Shown here one piece after another: positions 45,826-55,644 of a stretch of 64,000 bases of DNA. The notes under the pieces were generated by a model. It did not search any database, had not been told where the DNA came from, and saw only the letters and a program-made list of their open reading frames with translations. The DNA comes from Candidatus Multivoradales bacterium (lineage in GTDB: Bacteria > Acidobacteriota > Thermoanaerobaculia > Multivoradales > JAHEKO01). The stretch's first letter is position 1. The number at the start of each line of letters is the position of its first letter. Location: assembly GCA_965248055.1 (NCBI GenBank), contig CBDFIJ010000004.1, forward strand, positions 2,368,001 through 2,432,000, read 5' to 3'. Both the position numbers and the translations under genes were made by a program.

Positions 45826-48045
45826 ATGTCATCCAGCACCAAATTTCCCTGGGAAACGGAGTTAAATCCGGAGCAGTATCAAGCTGTGACCCATGGAGAG
45901 GGGCCGCAGTTGGTGATCGCTGGAGCGGGGTCGGGGAAGACTCGGGTGATCACTTACCGGGTGGCGTGGTTGATCCACGAGCGGGGTATCGATCCGCGTT
46001 CTGTGTTGTCGGTGACGTTTACCAACAAGGCTGCGGGGGAGATGAGGGAGCGGATCGAGCAGTTGCTCGGAGTGTCGCGGCTGACTTCGTTTGTCGGCAC
46101 GTTTCATCGCTTGTCGTTGGATCTGCTGCGCAAGTACGGGGAGCGAATTGGAGTGCCAGCGTCTTTCGCCATCTTCGACAGTGATGATCAGAAGCGGCTG
46201 GTCAAGCAGGCTCTCAAGGACGAGAAGCTGGATCCGACTCGGTTTCCGCCGCGCCCAATGTTGTCGGCGATCAGTGCGGCCAAGAATCAGATGTTGACGG
46301 CGGAGGCGTTTGCCAGTCAGGCAGACGGTTTCTTTCAGGAGCGGGTGGCTAGGGTGTACCGGCGTTACCAGAAGCTGCTGGAGGACGCTGGCGGGGTGGA
46401 TTTTGACGACATGTTGGTGAAGGCGGTGCGTCTAGTCTCGACCCAGGAGGACCTCAAAGCGATGTTGCGCGAGCGGGTGCAGTATCTGATGGTCGACGAG
46501 TTTCAAGACACCAACAAGGTGCAGCTGCGCTTGGTGCATGAACTGGTGGGTGACGGCGGCAATTTGACCGCGGTGGGTGACGAAGACCAGGGGATCTATC
46601 GTTGGCGGGGTGCCGATCTCGAGAATATTTTGGACTTTGAGCGCTATTTCCCCGGCGCCACGGTACACAAGCTGGAGCGCAACTATCGATCGACCGCCAA
46701 TATCCTGGCTGCAGCGGGAGAGGTGGTTTCCCAAAATCGTCTACGGCGTGGCAAGAACCTGTGGACCGAGGACGATCCAGGCGAGTTGCTAGAGCTGTTC
46801 CGAGCCGGAGATGAGCAAGACGAAGCCCGCTGGGTGGTCAACACTCTTGAGCAGTTACAGAAGGACATGCTGCTTAAAGACATGGCGATTTTGGTGCGCA
46901 CCAATGCCCAGACCCGTGCTTTGGAGGAGCGCCTAATCCGCGCCAAGATTCCCTACTCACTGGTGGCGGGGGTACGTTTCTACGAACGGGCCGAGGTCAA
47001 AGACGCGGTGGCCTACCTGAGAGTGCTGCGCAACCCAGACGACGACCTCTCTTTGTCACGGATTCTCAATACCCCAGCTCGTGGAATTGGCAAGACCACC
47101 CACGAGGCGCTGAAAGAGGCCGCCCAGGAGGCTGGGACCAGCCAGTGGGGGATGCTCACCGGGGAAATGCCGCGCGGGATCGCCCAGCGTAGTCTCAAGG
47201 CGTTGGAGAAGTTTCGCGACTTGATCGTGGACTTGCAGTCGGTGATCGATGAACCTCCGGCCGAACTCATCAACCGGGTCTTGGAGCAGTCTGGATACGC
47301 CGAGTTTTTGCGCGGCAAGGGCGCAGAGGCGGAGAGTCGGTTGGAGAACTTGCAAGAATTTGCCTCGGCAGCTTCGCAGTTTGAAGAGGATCATCCAGAG
47401 ATGGAGGATCTACTGGGGGCGTTTCTTGATCACGCTGCGCTGGTTTCAGACATTGACGGCTGGCATCCGGAAAAGGGTGTCTCATTGATGACCCTGCACG
47501 GGGCCAAGGGATTGGAATTCAAGGCGGTGTTCTTGTCCGGGTTGGAGGATGGCATCCTGCCGCATTTCAACGCCGGAGAAGTGCCGGAAAATATTGAAGA
47601 AGAGCGGCGTCTGTTCTACGTCGGCATGACCCGTGCCCGCGAACGGCTGTTTTTGTCCTGCTGCCGGCGTCGCCGGGTGGCTGGCCGCTATCAAGATCAA
47701 CGACCGTCGCCGTTTTTGGATGAGGTCCCGGAGAAGTACTTAAAGATCCACCGCAGCCCGGAGTTGTTCGGCGCTCGATCCCAATCGGCGAGATCATTTT
47801 TTCGAGCGGTGCCTTCGGCGGCTAGGCAGAAGAGCTCAGGTCCCAGAGCGTCGAGTTCGTTGGGTCCCGCGGCAAAGGGTCGAAGTGCGCAAGGCAAAGG
47901 CCGTAAAGTAAGGCACGCCAGCTTGGGAGAAGGGATCGTTCTCGATGTGGAGGGCAGTGGCGACAGCTCCAAATTGACGATTTACTTTCAGCACGCTGGG
48001 CGCAAGAAACTGATCGCCAAATACGCAGAATTAGAGTGGATGTAG
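45826..48045 (+). CDS. uvrD: UvrD/PcrA ATP-dependent DNA helicase
   Basis: AGAGSGKT, TFTNKAA, VDEFQDTN, VGDEDQ.IY.WRGA, LERNYRST, TLHGAKGLEF, EERRLFYVGMTRA, C-terminal Tudor-like domain. Confidence 0.95.
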   Translation: MSSSTKFPWETELNPEQYQAVTHGEGPQLVIAGAGSGKTRVITYRVAWLIHERGIDPRSVLSVTFTNKAAGEMRERIEQLLGVSRLTSFVGTFHRLSLDLLRKYGERIGVPASFAIFDSDDQKRLVKQALKDEKLDPTRFPPRPMLSAISAAKNQMLTAEAFASQADGFFQERVARVYRRYQKLLEDAGGVDFDDMLVKAVRLVSTQEDLKAMLRERVQYLMVDEFQDTNKVQLRLVHELVGDGGNLTAVGDEDQGIYRWRGADLENILDFERYFPGATVHKLERNYRSTANILAAAGEVVSQNRLRRGKNLWTEDDPGELLELFRAGDEQDEARWVVNTLEQLQKDMLLKDMAILVRTNAQTRALEERLIRAKIPYSLVAGVRFYERAEVKDAVAYLRVLRNPDDDLSLSRILNTPARGIGKTTHEALKEAAQEAGTSQWGMLTGEMPRGIAQRSLKALEKFRDLIVDLQSVIDEPPAELINRVLEQSGYAEFLRGKGAEAESRLENLQEFASAASQFEEDHPEMEDLLGAFLDHAALVSDIDGWHPEKGVSLMTLHGAKGLEFKAVFLSGLEDGILPHFNAGEVPENIEEERRLFYVGMTRARERLFLSCCRRRRVAGRYQDQRPSPFLDEVPEKYLKIHRSPELFGARSQSARSFFRAVPSAARQKSSGPRASSSLGPAAKGRSAQGKGRKVRHASLGEGIVLDVEGSGDSSKLTIYFQHAGRKKLIAKYAELEWM

Positions 48046-48062
48046 ACGGAGTAACGAATCAG

Positions 48063-49427
48063 ATGAACGACTCAATCAACCAACCCCAGAAACAGCTCGC
48101 CCCGCAACCGATCGCCCGGGTAATCAATTTAATCCCTGATGATCAGCAGCGGTTGATCGGAAGCACCGTTGAACAAGCTAAGCAGGCGATGGTCGAAGGT
48201 GGCCAGCAACTGACCCAGCTCCGTGGCTCTTATGCCCTGTTGGCCCGAGAGGGAGAGCGGGTGTTGATGGCTCGCAGCCTCGATCGACCGATGCGTTATT
48301 TTCTAGCTAAGGAAAAGAGTGGTCCGATGCTGATCGTAGCGGATCGGATCGACGCGATTCGTGACCGATTGGCGGCTGAAGGCTATGCCGACCAATTCGA
48401 GGCCAACTACACGCGCATGGTGCCGGCTCACCATTTGACCCGGTTGCGACTGATTGGTTGCCCGGACCCGAACCCGGAGCATCTGCGCTTTGTCCAACCG
48501 CAAGAAGCTGGTGCAACCGATGTTGAGTCGCTGGGCAAACGCTACGTTGGGGCGATGCTCGATGAGGTCTCGGCGTGGCTGGAAACTCTCAGTGATCGAG
48601 AACCGATCGGAGTGTTGTTTTCCGGTGGCATCGACAGCGGAGCGGTTTTACTAGCGATCTACCGAACTATTTTGAATCGTGGTGAAGCCCCTCAGCGTCT
48701 CAAGGCGTTTACCCTGAGCGTGGCGGGCGGCAGCGACTTGGGCCAAGCGTGCGAGTTTCTCGATCGACTCGAGTTGTCCTATCTGCACGAGGTGGTGGTG
48801 GTGGAGCCCTCGGAGGTCGATCCGTTGCGAGCGGTAGAGGTCACCGAGGACTACAAGCCGCTGGATGTTGAGTGTGCCGCGGTCAACCTGGCCTTGGTGG
48901 CAGCGATTCGGCGACGCTACCCAGAATGGAAATGGTTGGTGGACGGCGACGGTGGCGATGAGAATCTCAAGGACTATCCGATCGAGGAAAACACCGAACT
49001 GACGATTCGCAGTGTGGTCAACAATCCGTTGCTCTATCAAGAGGGGTGGGGGGTCGACGCAATCAAGCACTCGTTGGTGCATTCCGGCGGCTACAGTCGG
49101 GGCTGCGTGCGCACCTATGCGCCCCTGGCGACCTATGGTTTCCAAGGATTCAGTCCTTACACCGCAGCGTCGGTGGTGGAGGCCTCGACCGCGATTCCCT
49201 TTCGTGATCTGGCCCAGGGGTCACATGAGCGGTTGTACGCGCTCAAGGGTGAGATTGTCGCCGCCGGGGTTAGGTCCCTGCTGGGGTTTGAGATGCCGGT
49301 GTTTGGTAAGCGTCGATTTCAGGACGGCGCGGTGGGGGCTCCGTTGTTTGCCAAAGATCGCGGCCAGGCGGAAACTGACTATCGCCGACACTACCGCCGA
49401 CATTTCAGGCGCAGCTTCGCCGCCTAA
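48063..49427 (+). CDS. Asparagine-synthetase-related ATP-dependent amide/lactam ligase
   Basis: FSGGIDS PP-loop, DGDGGDE; no N-terminal catalytic Cys. Confidence 0.8.
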   Translation: MNDSINQPQKQLAPQPIARVINLIPDDQQRLIGSTVEQAKQAMVEGGQQLTQLRGSYALLAREGERVLMARSLDRPMRYFLAKEKSGPMLIVADRIDAIRDRLAAEGYADQFEANYTRMVPAHHLTRLRLIGCPDPNPEHLRFVQPQEAGATDVESLGKRYVGAMLDEVSAWLETLSDREPIGVLFSGGIDSGAVLLAIYRTILNRGEAPQRLKAFTLSVAGGSDLGQACEFLDRLELSYLHEVVVVEPSEVDPLRAVEVTEDYKPLDVECAAVNLALVAAIRRRYPEWKWLVDGDGGDENLKDYPIEENTELTIRSVVNNPLLYQEGWGVDAIKHSLVHSGGYSRGCVRTYAPLATYGFQGFSPYTAASVVEASTAIPFRDLAQGSHERLYALKGEIVAAGVRSLLGFEMPVFGKRRFQDGAVGAPLFAKDRGQAETDYRRHYRRHFRRSFAA

Positions 49428-49446
49428 CAACCGGTTCGATCATTCG

Positions 49447-50478
49447 TTGAGCGAGCCTGTTTCTTCTCTTTGGACCGCGGCTTCAATTCGCAGGGTTCGA
49501 CCGGCCAAGAATCCTGTCGATCCGTGGCAGATCGTCGATCTGACCATCGAGCCAGAGCGACGACTGGATGAAGCGATAGTAACTACGGCCACGTTGTTTC
49601 TCGGTGGAGCGGAGTGCCCGTTCACCTGCGTCTTCTGCGATCTGTGGAAATTTACTCTGGACCATCCGAGTTCAGAAGGGGCGATCCACCGACAGGTCGA
49701 GGAAGGATTGCGCCGCTTGGCAACCCGCCAGGAGATTGATCAGCCGCACAGCCAGGAGGCGATTGCCAATTTCAAGCTCTACAACGCCAGCAACTTCTTT
49801 GTCGATCAGGCGGTTTCGATTCAAGATCGAGAGATGATCGCGGCAACTCTGAAAGAAGCTCCACAGGTCACGGTGGAGTGCCATCCTCGGCTGATCGATG
49901 ATTCAGTCTTCGACTTTCAGAGTCAGTTGTCGGGTCAACTCGAAGTGGCGATGGGTTTGGAGACGGTGGCACCGCAGGCATTGCCGAAATTGGGCAAAGA
50001 GATGACGCTGGACGACTTCGATCGCGCCAGCGAAAAGTTGCTGGAGCACCGCGTAGATGTCAGGGCCTTTGCCTTAGTTGGGGTGCCGTATCTTGCCCCG
50101 GTTAAGGTGTCGCATGCGGAGAAACAAGAAATCGAACTGCAGTGGATCGAACGAACCGTGGATCACGCGGTGTCAGTTGGCGTCAGTCGTATCAGTTTGA
50201 TTCCGGTTCGCTCGAGCAACGGAGTGATGGAGCAGTTGCAAGAAACCGGAGAGTGGCTGCCGCCTACCTTGGGCTTGCTAGAGGCGGCGCTGGAACGCAA
50301 CCTCGATCGGGGTGAGATTGTGGTCACTGCTGATCTCTGGGACCTGCGTCAATTTTCCAACTGTGGCCACTGCTATGACGCTCGGCGGGAGCGGCTGGCA
50401 TCGATGAACTTGTCGGGTTGCGTCGAACCCGCGATCGAATGCGCGTTTTGTCGTCGAGATGGTGTGACCAATACCTAA
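49447..50478 (+). CDS. Radical SAM enzyme (Elp3/TIGR01210-like)
   Basis: CPFTCVFC motif, KLYNASNF, VECHP, EVAMGLET, C-terminal CGHC/CAFC. Start uncertain. Confidence 0.85.
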   Translation: MSEPVSSLWTAASIRRVRPAKNPVDPWQIVDLTIEPERRLDEAIVTTATLFLGGAECPFTCVFCDLWKFTLDHPSSEGAIHRQVEEGLRRLATRQEIDQPHSQEAIANFKLYNASNFFVDQAVSIQDREMIAATLKEAPQVTVECHPRLIDDSVFDFQSQLSGQLEVAMGLETVAPQALPKLGKEMTLDDFDRASEKLLEHRVDVRAFALVGVPYLAPVKVSHAEKQEIELQWIERTVDHAVSVGVSRISLIPVRSSNGVMEQLQETGEWLPPTLGLLEAALERNLDRGEIVVTADLWDLRQFSNCGHCYDARRERLASMNLSGCVEPAIECAFCRRDGVTNT

Positions 50479-50576
50479 ACAACCAGTGCCCAAAACGACC
50501 AGTGCTTGAACCAGCAGTACCTGAGAGAGCTAATGCCTGAGAGAACAGTGCCTGAGCGAACGGCGCCTCAGCGAAC
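50469..50576 (+). repeat. Degenerate 15-16 bp minisatellite (CAGTRCC core, about 7 units)
   Basis: Cores at 50469, 50484, 50500, 50515, 50531, 50546 and 50561, spanning the radical SAM stop and halogenase start. Confidence 0.7.
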
Positions 50577-52092
50577 ATTCGATATTGCAGTGGTGGGAGC
50601 TGGGTTTGGTGGAGCGCTGTTAGCCCGTTTGCTGGCGCTACAAGGTCGCAGAGTAATCTTGATTGAGCGCGGCCAGCATCCGCGCAACCGCATCGGCGAG
50701 TCGACCACACCGTTAGCCAATTTCTGTCTGGAGAGGATCGCCCGACGCTATGGCACGAACGATCTCTTGGACCTGACCTCCTACGGTCGCTGGCGAGCGT
50801 CACGCCCGGACCTGCGCTGCGGTTTGAAGCGCGGCTTCACCTTCCTCAAACATCGAGCCGGAGAGCGCTACCGAGTGGCAGAAGAAAACCAGAACTTGTT
50901 GATGGTGGCGGCCAGCCCAGACGATGACTGTGCGGACACTCAGTGGTGGCGCGCCGATGTAGACCACGAGTTTGTGCGCCGGGCGGTGGCCGATGGCGTG
51001 GAATATCACCACCGTTGTCAGGTGGTGAATTTGGTGCAAGGTGAGGACACAGTACAGATAGAGATCGCGGAGCCCGCTGGCCGTCAGCAGATTTCAGCCG
51101 ACTTTGTGGTCGACGCCGCGGGGGGTGCAATTGCACGGCGCTGGTTTAGGGTCTTGGAAGGAACTCTGGAGACCCACACTGGGCTGTTGGCGGGGCACTT
51201 GGCTGGCGTCTCTACGGCTGCAATCAACTGGCCGACGCACGCTCCATATCCGCCGTTGGCGGCGGCGGTGCATCACTTGGTCGATCATGGTTGGCTCTAT
51301 GAACTGCGGTTCGATGCTGCAGAGGATCGGAGCGCATCGCCAGAGACCGAGCAACTGGCGTCGGTTGGCTGGGTTATTCCGCAGGGCTTGAGCACGGAAG
51401 AGCTCGAGTGGAGTGCCCTGATATCGCGCTATCCGACATTGAGTGAGGCCTTTTCGTCAGCCGAGTTGATCGAACCCATCACCCGGATTACAAGGATGCA
51501 ACAGCGGCTCGCCACCGCCAGCGGTTCGCGCTGGGTGGCGCTGCCCTCGGCTTATGCTGCCATCGATCCGCTGTTTTCCACCGGTATTGCCTGGACGCTT
51601 CGCGGCGTCGAGCGATTGGCGCAGATTCTCGGTCAGCCTCAGGAGCGAGATAGCTCGATCGACCAATATGCCCTCGATCTGGCCGAGGAATGTGACCAAA
51701 TTGATCGCTTGGTGGCGGGTGCCTATGAAGCGATGACCGATGAGCAGCGATTTTTCGACTACACCGCGCTCTACTTTGCTTTGGTCAGTTTTGCCGAACT
51801 GCAAGAGCGGTTGGTTCTGCGCGATCGACCTTCAGCTGGGTTTCTGGGGTCCAGCAACCAGCAGTGCCGTGATCTGGTGCGCTTGGCGCGCCGGAGCGAC
51901 CTCGATGGTGAGTCTTTCCGCCGGTGGCTCCAGCAAGCTGTGGAACCTTGGAATGTGGTCGGCCTTCTAAACCCTGGCCGAGCCAACCTGTATCCGGTCG
52001 ATCTCCATGAACTGCGCGCTCGGGTCGGTCGACTGGGGATTGAACCAGAAGAGTTCGACCAGATGGGTTCTCTCCTGCGAAGTGCATCGTAG
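50533..52092 (+). CDS. Flavin-dependent halogenase-like oxidoreductase
   Basis: GAGFGG, HPR..IGEST, CGLKRGFTF (conserved Lys), IDPLFSTG; WxWxI motif degenerate (GWLYEL). Confidence 0.8.
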   Translation: MPERTVPERTAPQRTFDIAVVGAGFGGALLARLLALQGRRVILIERGQHPRNRIGESTTPLANFCLERIARRYGTNDLLDLTSYGRWRASRPDLRCGLKRGFTFLKHRAGERYRVAEENQNLLMVAASPDDDCADTQWWRADVDHEFVRRAVADGVEYHHRCQVVNLVQGEDTVQIEIAEPAGRQQISADFVVDAAGGAIARRWFRVLEGTLETHTGLLAGHLAGVSTAAINWPTHAPYPPLAAAVHHLVDHGWLYELRFDAAEDRSASPETEQLASVGWVIPQGLSTEELEWSALISRYPTLSEAFSSAELIEPITRITRMQQRLATASGSRWVALPSAYAAIDPLFSTGIAWTLRGVERLAQILGQPQERDSSIDQYALDLAEECDQIDRLVAGAYEAMTDEQRFFDYTALYFALVSFAELQERLVLRDRPSAGFLGSSNQQCRDLVRLARRSDLDGESFRRWLQQAVEPWNVVGLLNPGRANLYPVDLHELRARVGRLGIEPEEFDQMGSLLRSAS

Positions 52093-52110
52093 CGGCGCAC
52101 TTGCCCCCGT

Positions 52111-52647
52111 TTACTTGAGGGACGGTCTCTTCCACTCGCTGCGCAACAGTGCGAACAGGGCATTGTCGCGGCGTTTTCCGTCCAACACGAAGTAGTCCCG
52201 CAGGGTGCCCTCACGCAGGAACTGATTCGACTCCAAAACGCGTATCGATCCCAGGTTGCGCAAGTCGCAACGAGCCTCGATTCGCTGCAGGCTGGAACGG
52301 TCGAAGATGGTCTCCAATACCTTAGCCAGGGCGATCTGCATGATTCCCTGTCCTTGAGCTTCTTGAGTCAGCGCGTAGCCGATCTCGGCAAGACCGTGCT
52401 CCCAGGAGAGGATCGATAGGGTCACCCAGCCGACCGGTCGCGGAGCATCAATGATCCAACCGAATCGAGTGCCTTGACCGCGAGATAGATTTTCCGAGCC
52501 AGAAGAGAAATCGCGGCGAATGGCGTTGGCGCCATGACTCTCCACCGGTTGGTATCGGCGCACCGATTCCTCCGCCCGCCAAGCGCCGATGCGCTCGGCG
52601 TCAAACGGGTAGGCGGGGCGGACTCGAATTTCGCTTTCTGTCTTCAT
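52111..52647 (-). CDS. RimJ/RimL-type GNAT N-acetyltransferase
   Basis: AEIGYAL...QGQGIM, RIEARCDLRNLGSIRVLE, EGTLR. Confidence 0.85.
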   Translation of the reverse strand: MKTESEIRVRPAYPFDAERIGAWRAEESVRRYQPVESHGANAIRRDFSSGSENLSRGQGTRFGWIIDAPRPVGWVTLSILSWEHGLAEIGYALTQEAQGQGIMQIALAKVLETIFDRSSLQRIEARCDLRNLGSIRVLESNQFLREGTLRDYFVLDGKRRDNALFALLRSEWKRPSLK

Positions 52648-52660
52648 TGTCAAGAATCGC

Positions 52661-54208
52661 TCACTCCAAGACGTACTCGGTGGCCGGGTAGCTGGAGGTC
52701 GGCAGCTGGCGCGGTGGCAAGCGAGTCTCGAAGGTCTGGATGAAAACCGTGGCGTAGCCGCCCGCAAACAGACCTAGGAAGGGAATCGAAGACCACCAGT
52801 GCATCCACACAGCGACCCCCAGAGCGAAGCTGCAATAGAGCGCCAGTCCGGCTTCATAGAACCAAGTGTGATCGTTGGCGGCGCGGTAGCGAGGCAATCT
52901 CGGGGCTGTCTGATTGTTGTCGGTGGCAACCTCTGGGGACGGGTTGTCGGCGTATTTGGGCGTGCGGTGAAACACCCCTCCCAGGCTCCACAACCCAGCC
53001 ACCACTGCTCGACTGTTGGCGGCGGCAAAGCCAAGGCCCAGTGCCATCGCTCCGACTAGGTCTGCAATCCGCCGAATTGTGGCAACTTGGCGCCGACGTA
53101 CGGCGTCGATGAACACCCAGGTGAAAGACCCGGTTCCGGCCAACAGCAGAAATTGGTCTAGCCACAGCAATCCGCCGAAGTCGAGTCGCTGGCGAATCAT
53201 CAGACTCGGCAAATAGAGCAATGAGATCGCCAGCAAACAAAGGTGGCCGAGCGGAGAAACGAGATGCATCAATCCGTGTGCCCGTTGCCGCAGTCGATCG
53301 CGGCCGAGTACTAGACCCAGAAGTTTGCGTAGTGTTTGGGCGCCACCAGTTGCCCAGCGGACTTGCTGGCTCTTCAATGCCGACATCAAAGTGGGAAGTT
53401 CCGAGGCGACTCCGAGGTCAGAACAGTAGACGAATTTCCAGCCCGCCAGCTGCGCCCGATAGGAGAGGTCCAAGTCCTCGGTCAGGGTGTCGTGGGCCCA
53501 CCCACCAACTGATTCGATCGCAGATCGACGCCAGACTCCAGCGGTACCGTTGAAATTGAACCAGAGGTTTGCCGCCGCTCGACCGGGCTGCTCGACCAAG
53601 AAATGAGCGTCCAGCAAAACCGCTTGAGCGCGGGTGAGAAACGACTGGTCTCGATTGAGATAGTCCCAACGAGCCTGCACCATGCCGACTTGCGGGTTCG
53701 CAAAATGAACCAGTGCCCGGCGCAGGAAATCGGCGTCCGGCACAAAGTCGGCGTCAAAGATTGCCACTAGATCAGCGTCGGATTTCTGCAACCCGTCAGC
53801 TAGGGCTCCGGCCTTGAAACCGATTCTTTGCGATCGTCTGAGGTGGTCGACACGGACCCCACGAGCACGCCATCGATTCACCACTTCGGCTAGTCGCGCG
53901 CAAGTATCGTCGGTCGAATCGTCGAGCACTTGGATGTGCAGTCGATCTCGAGGGTAGTCGAGAGCGCAGGCGGCATCGACCACCCGTTCGGCGACGTAGC
54001 GTTCGTTGTAGACCGGGAGTTGAACCACCACTTCGGGCAGCCCCTCGTCGGACGGCGTTGCGTCGGCCGTTGCTGATCGATCACACGGGGCGTCTGTCGA
54101 AGACCCCCGCATCGACCGCCACAGTGACAGTCGGTAGAGGCCGAATACGGCGAGCGTTGAAAGCGCCGCATAATAGACAGCAATGACCAGCCAAGACACC
54201 ATTGCCAT
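52661..54208 (-). CDS. GT2 processive glycosyltransferase (cellulose/mannan synthase-like)
   Basis: QLPVYNE, DDSTD, GFKAGAL, FDADF, TEDLDL, QQVRW; C-terminal TMs. Confidence 0.9.
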   Translation of the reverse strand: MAMVSWLVIAVYYAALSTLAVFGLYRLSLWRSMRGSSTDAPCDRSATADATPSDEGLPEVVVQLPVYNERYVAERVVDAACALDYPRDRLHIQVLDDSTDDTCARLAEVVNRWRARGVRVDHLRRSQRIGFKAGALADGLQKSDADLVAIFDADFVPDADFLRRALVHFANPQVGMVQARWDYLNRDQSFLTRAQAVLLDAHFLVEQPGRAAANLWFNFNGTAGVWRRSAIESVGGWAHDTLTEDLDLSYRAQLAGWKFVYCSDLGVASELPTLMSALKSQQVRWATGGAQTLRKLLGLVLGRDRLRQRAHGLMHLVSPLGHLCLLAISLLYLPSLMIRQRLDFGGLLWLDQFLLLAGTGSFTWVFIDAVRRRQVATIRRIADLVGAMALGLGFAAANSRAVVAGLWSLGGVFHRTPKYADNPSPEVATDNNQTAPRLPRYRAANDHTWFYEAGLALYCSFALGVAVWMHWWSSIPFLGLFAGGYATVFIQTFETRLPPRQLPTSSYPATEYVLE

Positions 54209-54237
54209 GAATTCTTGTACCAGTTGATGGTCGATCC

Positions 54238-55644
54238 ATGCCTGCAACGTCGATAACACCATCGTTCTACCGCCTGCGCAAAGGTTTGCCGTGGTTGTCG
54301 ATCAGCATGGTGGTTGCGGCGGTGGTTGCCTGGACGTGGGGCGATCTCGTAGGCCAGCCCGTTTGGTTGGTGGGCTGGGGCGCGGTTGGATTCTCGGCAT
54401 TGGCGGTTGAGGCAGTGTACCGCCGACAAAAACCCGTCGAGGGCGTGGTTAGGGTGCTGGTGGTGGCTGCATTGCTCAGACTGATCAGCATCTTTATTGC
54501 TCCGACACTCAGTACCGACATCTACCGCTACGCGTGGGATGGGCAGGTGGCTTTGTCGGGCGCCAACCCTTATTTAAGCGCGCCGAATTCTTCTCAGTTT
54601 GAGTCACTTCGCTCGCCGCTGTGGCAACAGCTCGACCATCGCGACGTGCCGACAGTTTACCCACCTGTGGCGTTGGCGAGCTTCATGGTGGCGGCAGCCG
54701 GACCGGTTCCGCTGACAACGCTCAAGGTGTTGTTCGGTTTGACGGATTTGGTCACGGTTTGGTTGCTGATCGGTATCTTGAGACGTAGGGCGATCGATCC
54801 AGGGTGGGCAGTTTTCTACGCGTGGAATCCGTTGGTCGTTTTGGAGACCGCAGGGATGGGGCACGTGGATTCGCTGGGGGTGATGCTGGTAGTCGCGTCA
54901 GTGTCGGCGATCGACCGCAGAAAGCCCCGGATCGCTGGATTGGCGGCGGCGGGTGCGGTGCTGACCAAGGCGGTGCCGATTTTGATATTGCCTTTGCTGT
55001 GGCAAAGACGCTGGTGGGTCTCGGCGGCGGCGCGAACTCGGTTTTGGACCCTCGCGTTCGCCGTTGTGGGCACGATTGGCTTCGTTTGGTTTTGGCTGTT
55101 GGCGGGAGTTCCGCCGGGTTGGCTGCGATTCGGCGTCTCGTGGGAGTTCAATGGGCCGCTGTTTGAGCCACTGTGGCGCGTCTTAGAAGCCTGGTCGGCC
55201 CCCGCAATGGTTGCCGCGGTCTTGGATCAACTCAAAGAATTCACCGGTCGTCACGATTTCTGGAATCTTTTCTACCCATGGAACTATCCCCAGTTCTTGG
55301 CCAAGGGGATTCTCGCCCTCGGCTTGGCTGCTTGGCTGGTAGGTGCTTGGCGTGCTGCGACACTAGAGGCTGGCTTGCGTAAGGTCTTTTTTGGCCTGCT
55401 GGTTTTTTCTGCCACCGTCTATCCTTGGTATCTACTCTGGGTATTGCCCTGGGCGGTAGCGACTCGACGCCTGTCTTACCTGGCGCTGTCGGCCCTTGCC
55501 TTGATCTCCTATCTGCCACAAATCTATGGGCAGTCGGTGTTTCCCTGGTATTGGGGTTTAATGTGGGGTGGATTCGCCTTAGCCTGGGTGTTGGAAAATC
55601 GCCTACGCCGGGTAAATGATCAGGCCGCAAGCCATCCGTCATGA
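54238..55644 (+). CDS. GT-C membrane glycosyltransferase (GT87/DUF2029-like)
   Basis: STDIYRYAWDG...NPY, TVYPP, YAWNPL, GHVD, VYPWY; polytopic. Start uncertain. Confidence 0.75.
   Translation: MPATSITPSFYRLRKGLPWLSISMVVAAVVAWTWGDLVGQPVWLVGWGAVGFSALAVEAVYRRQKPVEGVVRVLVVAALLRLISIFIAPTLSTDIYRYAWDGQVALSGANPYLSAPNSSQFESLRSPLWQQLDHRDVPTVYPPVALASFMVAAAGPVPLTTLKVLFGLTDLVTVWLLIGILRRRAIDPGWAVFYAWNPLVVLETAGMGHVDSLGVMLVVASVSAIDRRKPRIAGLAAAGAVLTKAVPILILPLLWQRRWWVSAAARTRFWTLAFAVVGTIGFVWFWLLAGVPPGWLRFGVSWEFNGPLFEPLWRVLEAWSAPAMVAAVLDQLKEFTGRHDFWNLFYPWNYPQFLAKGILALGLAAWLVGAWRAATLEAGLRKVFFGLLVFSATVYPWYLLWVLPWAVATRRLSYLALSALALISYLPQIYGQSVFPWYWGLMWGGFALAWVLENRLRRVNDQAASHPS

Noticed and set aside
48063-49427. 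Lasso peptide cyclase cluster
   Set aside because: No adjacent leader peptidase, RRE or precursor; the only PqqD-like gene is 31 kb away beside the OPT.
49012-49446. N-terminal extension of the radical SAM ORF
   Set aside because: Overlaps the ligase gene in another frame and has no protein-like features.
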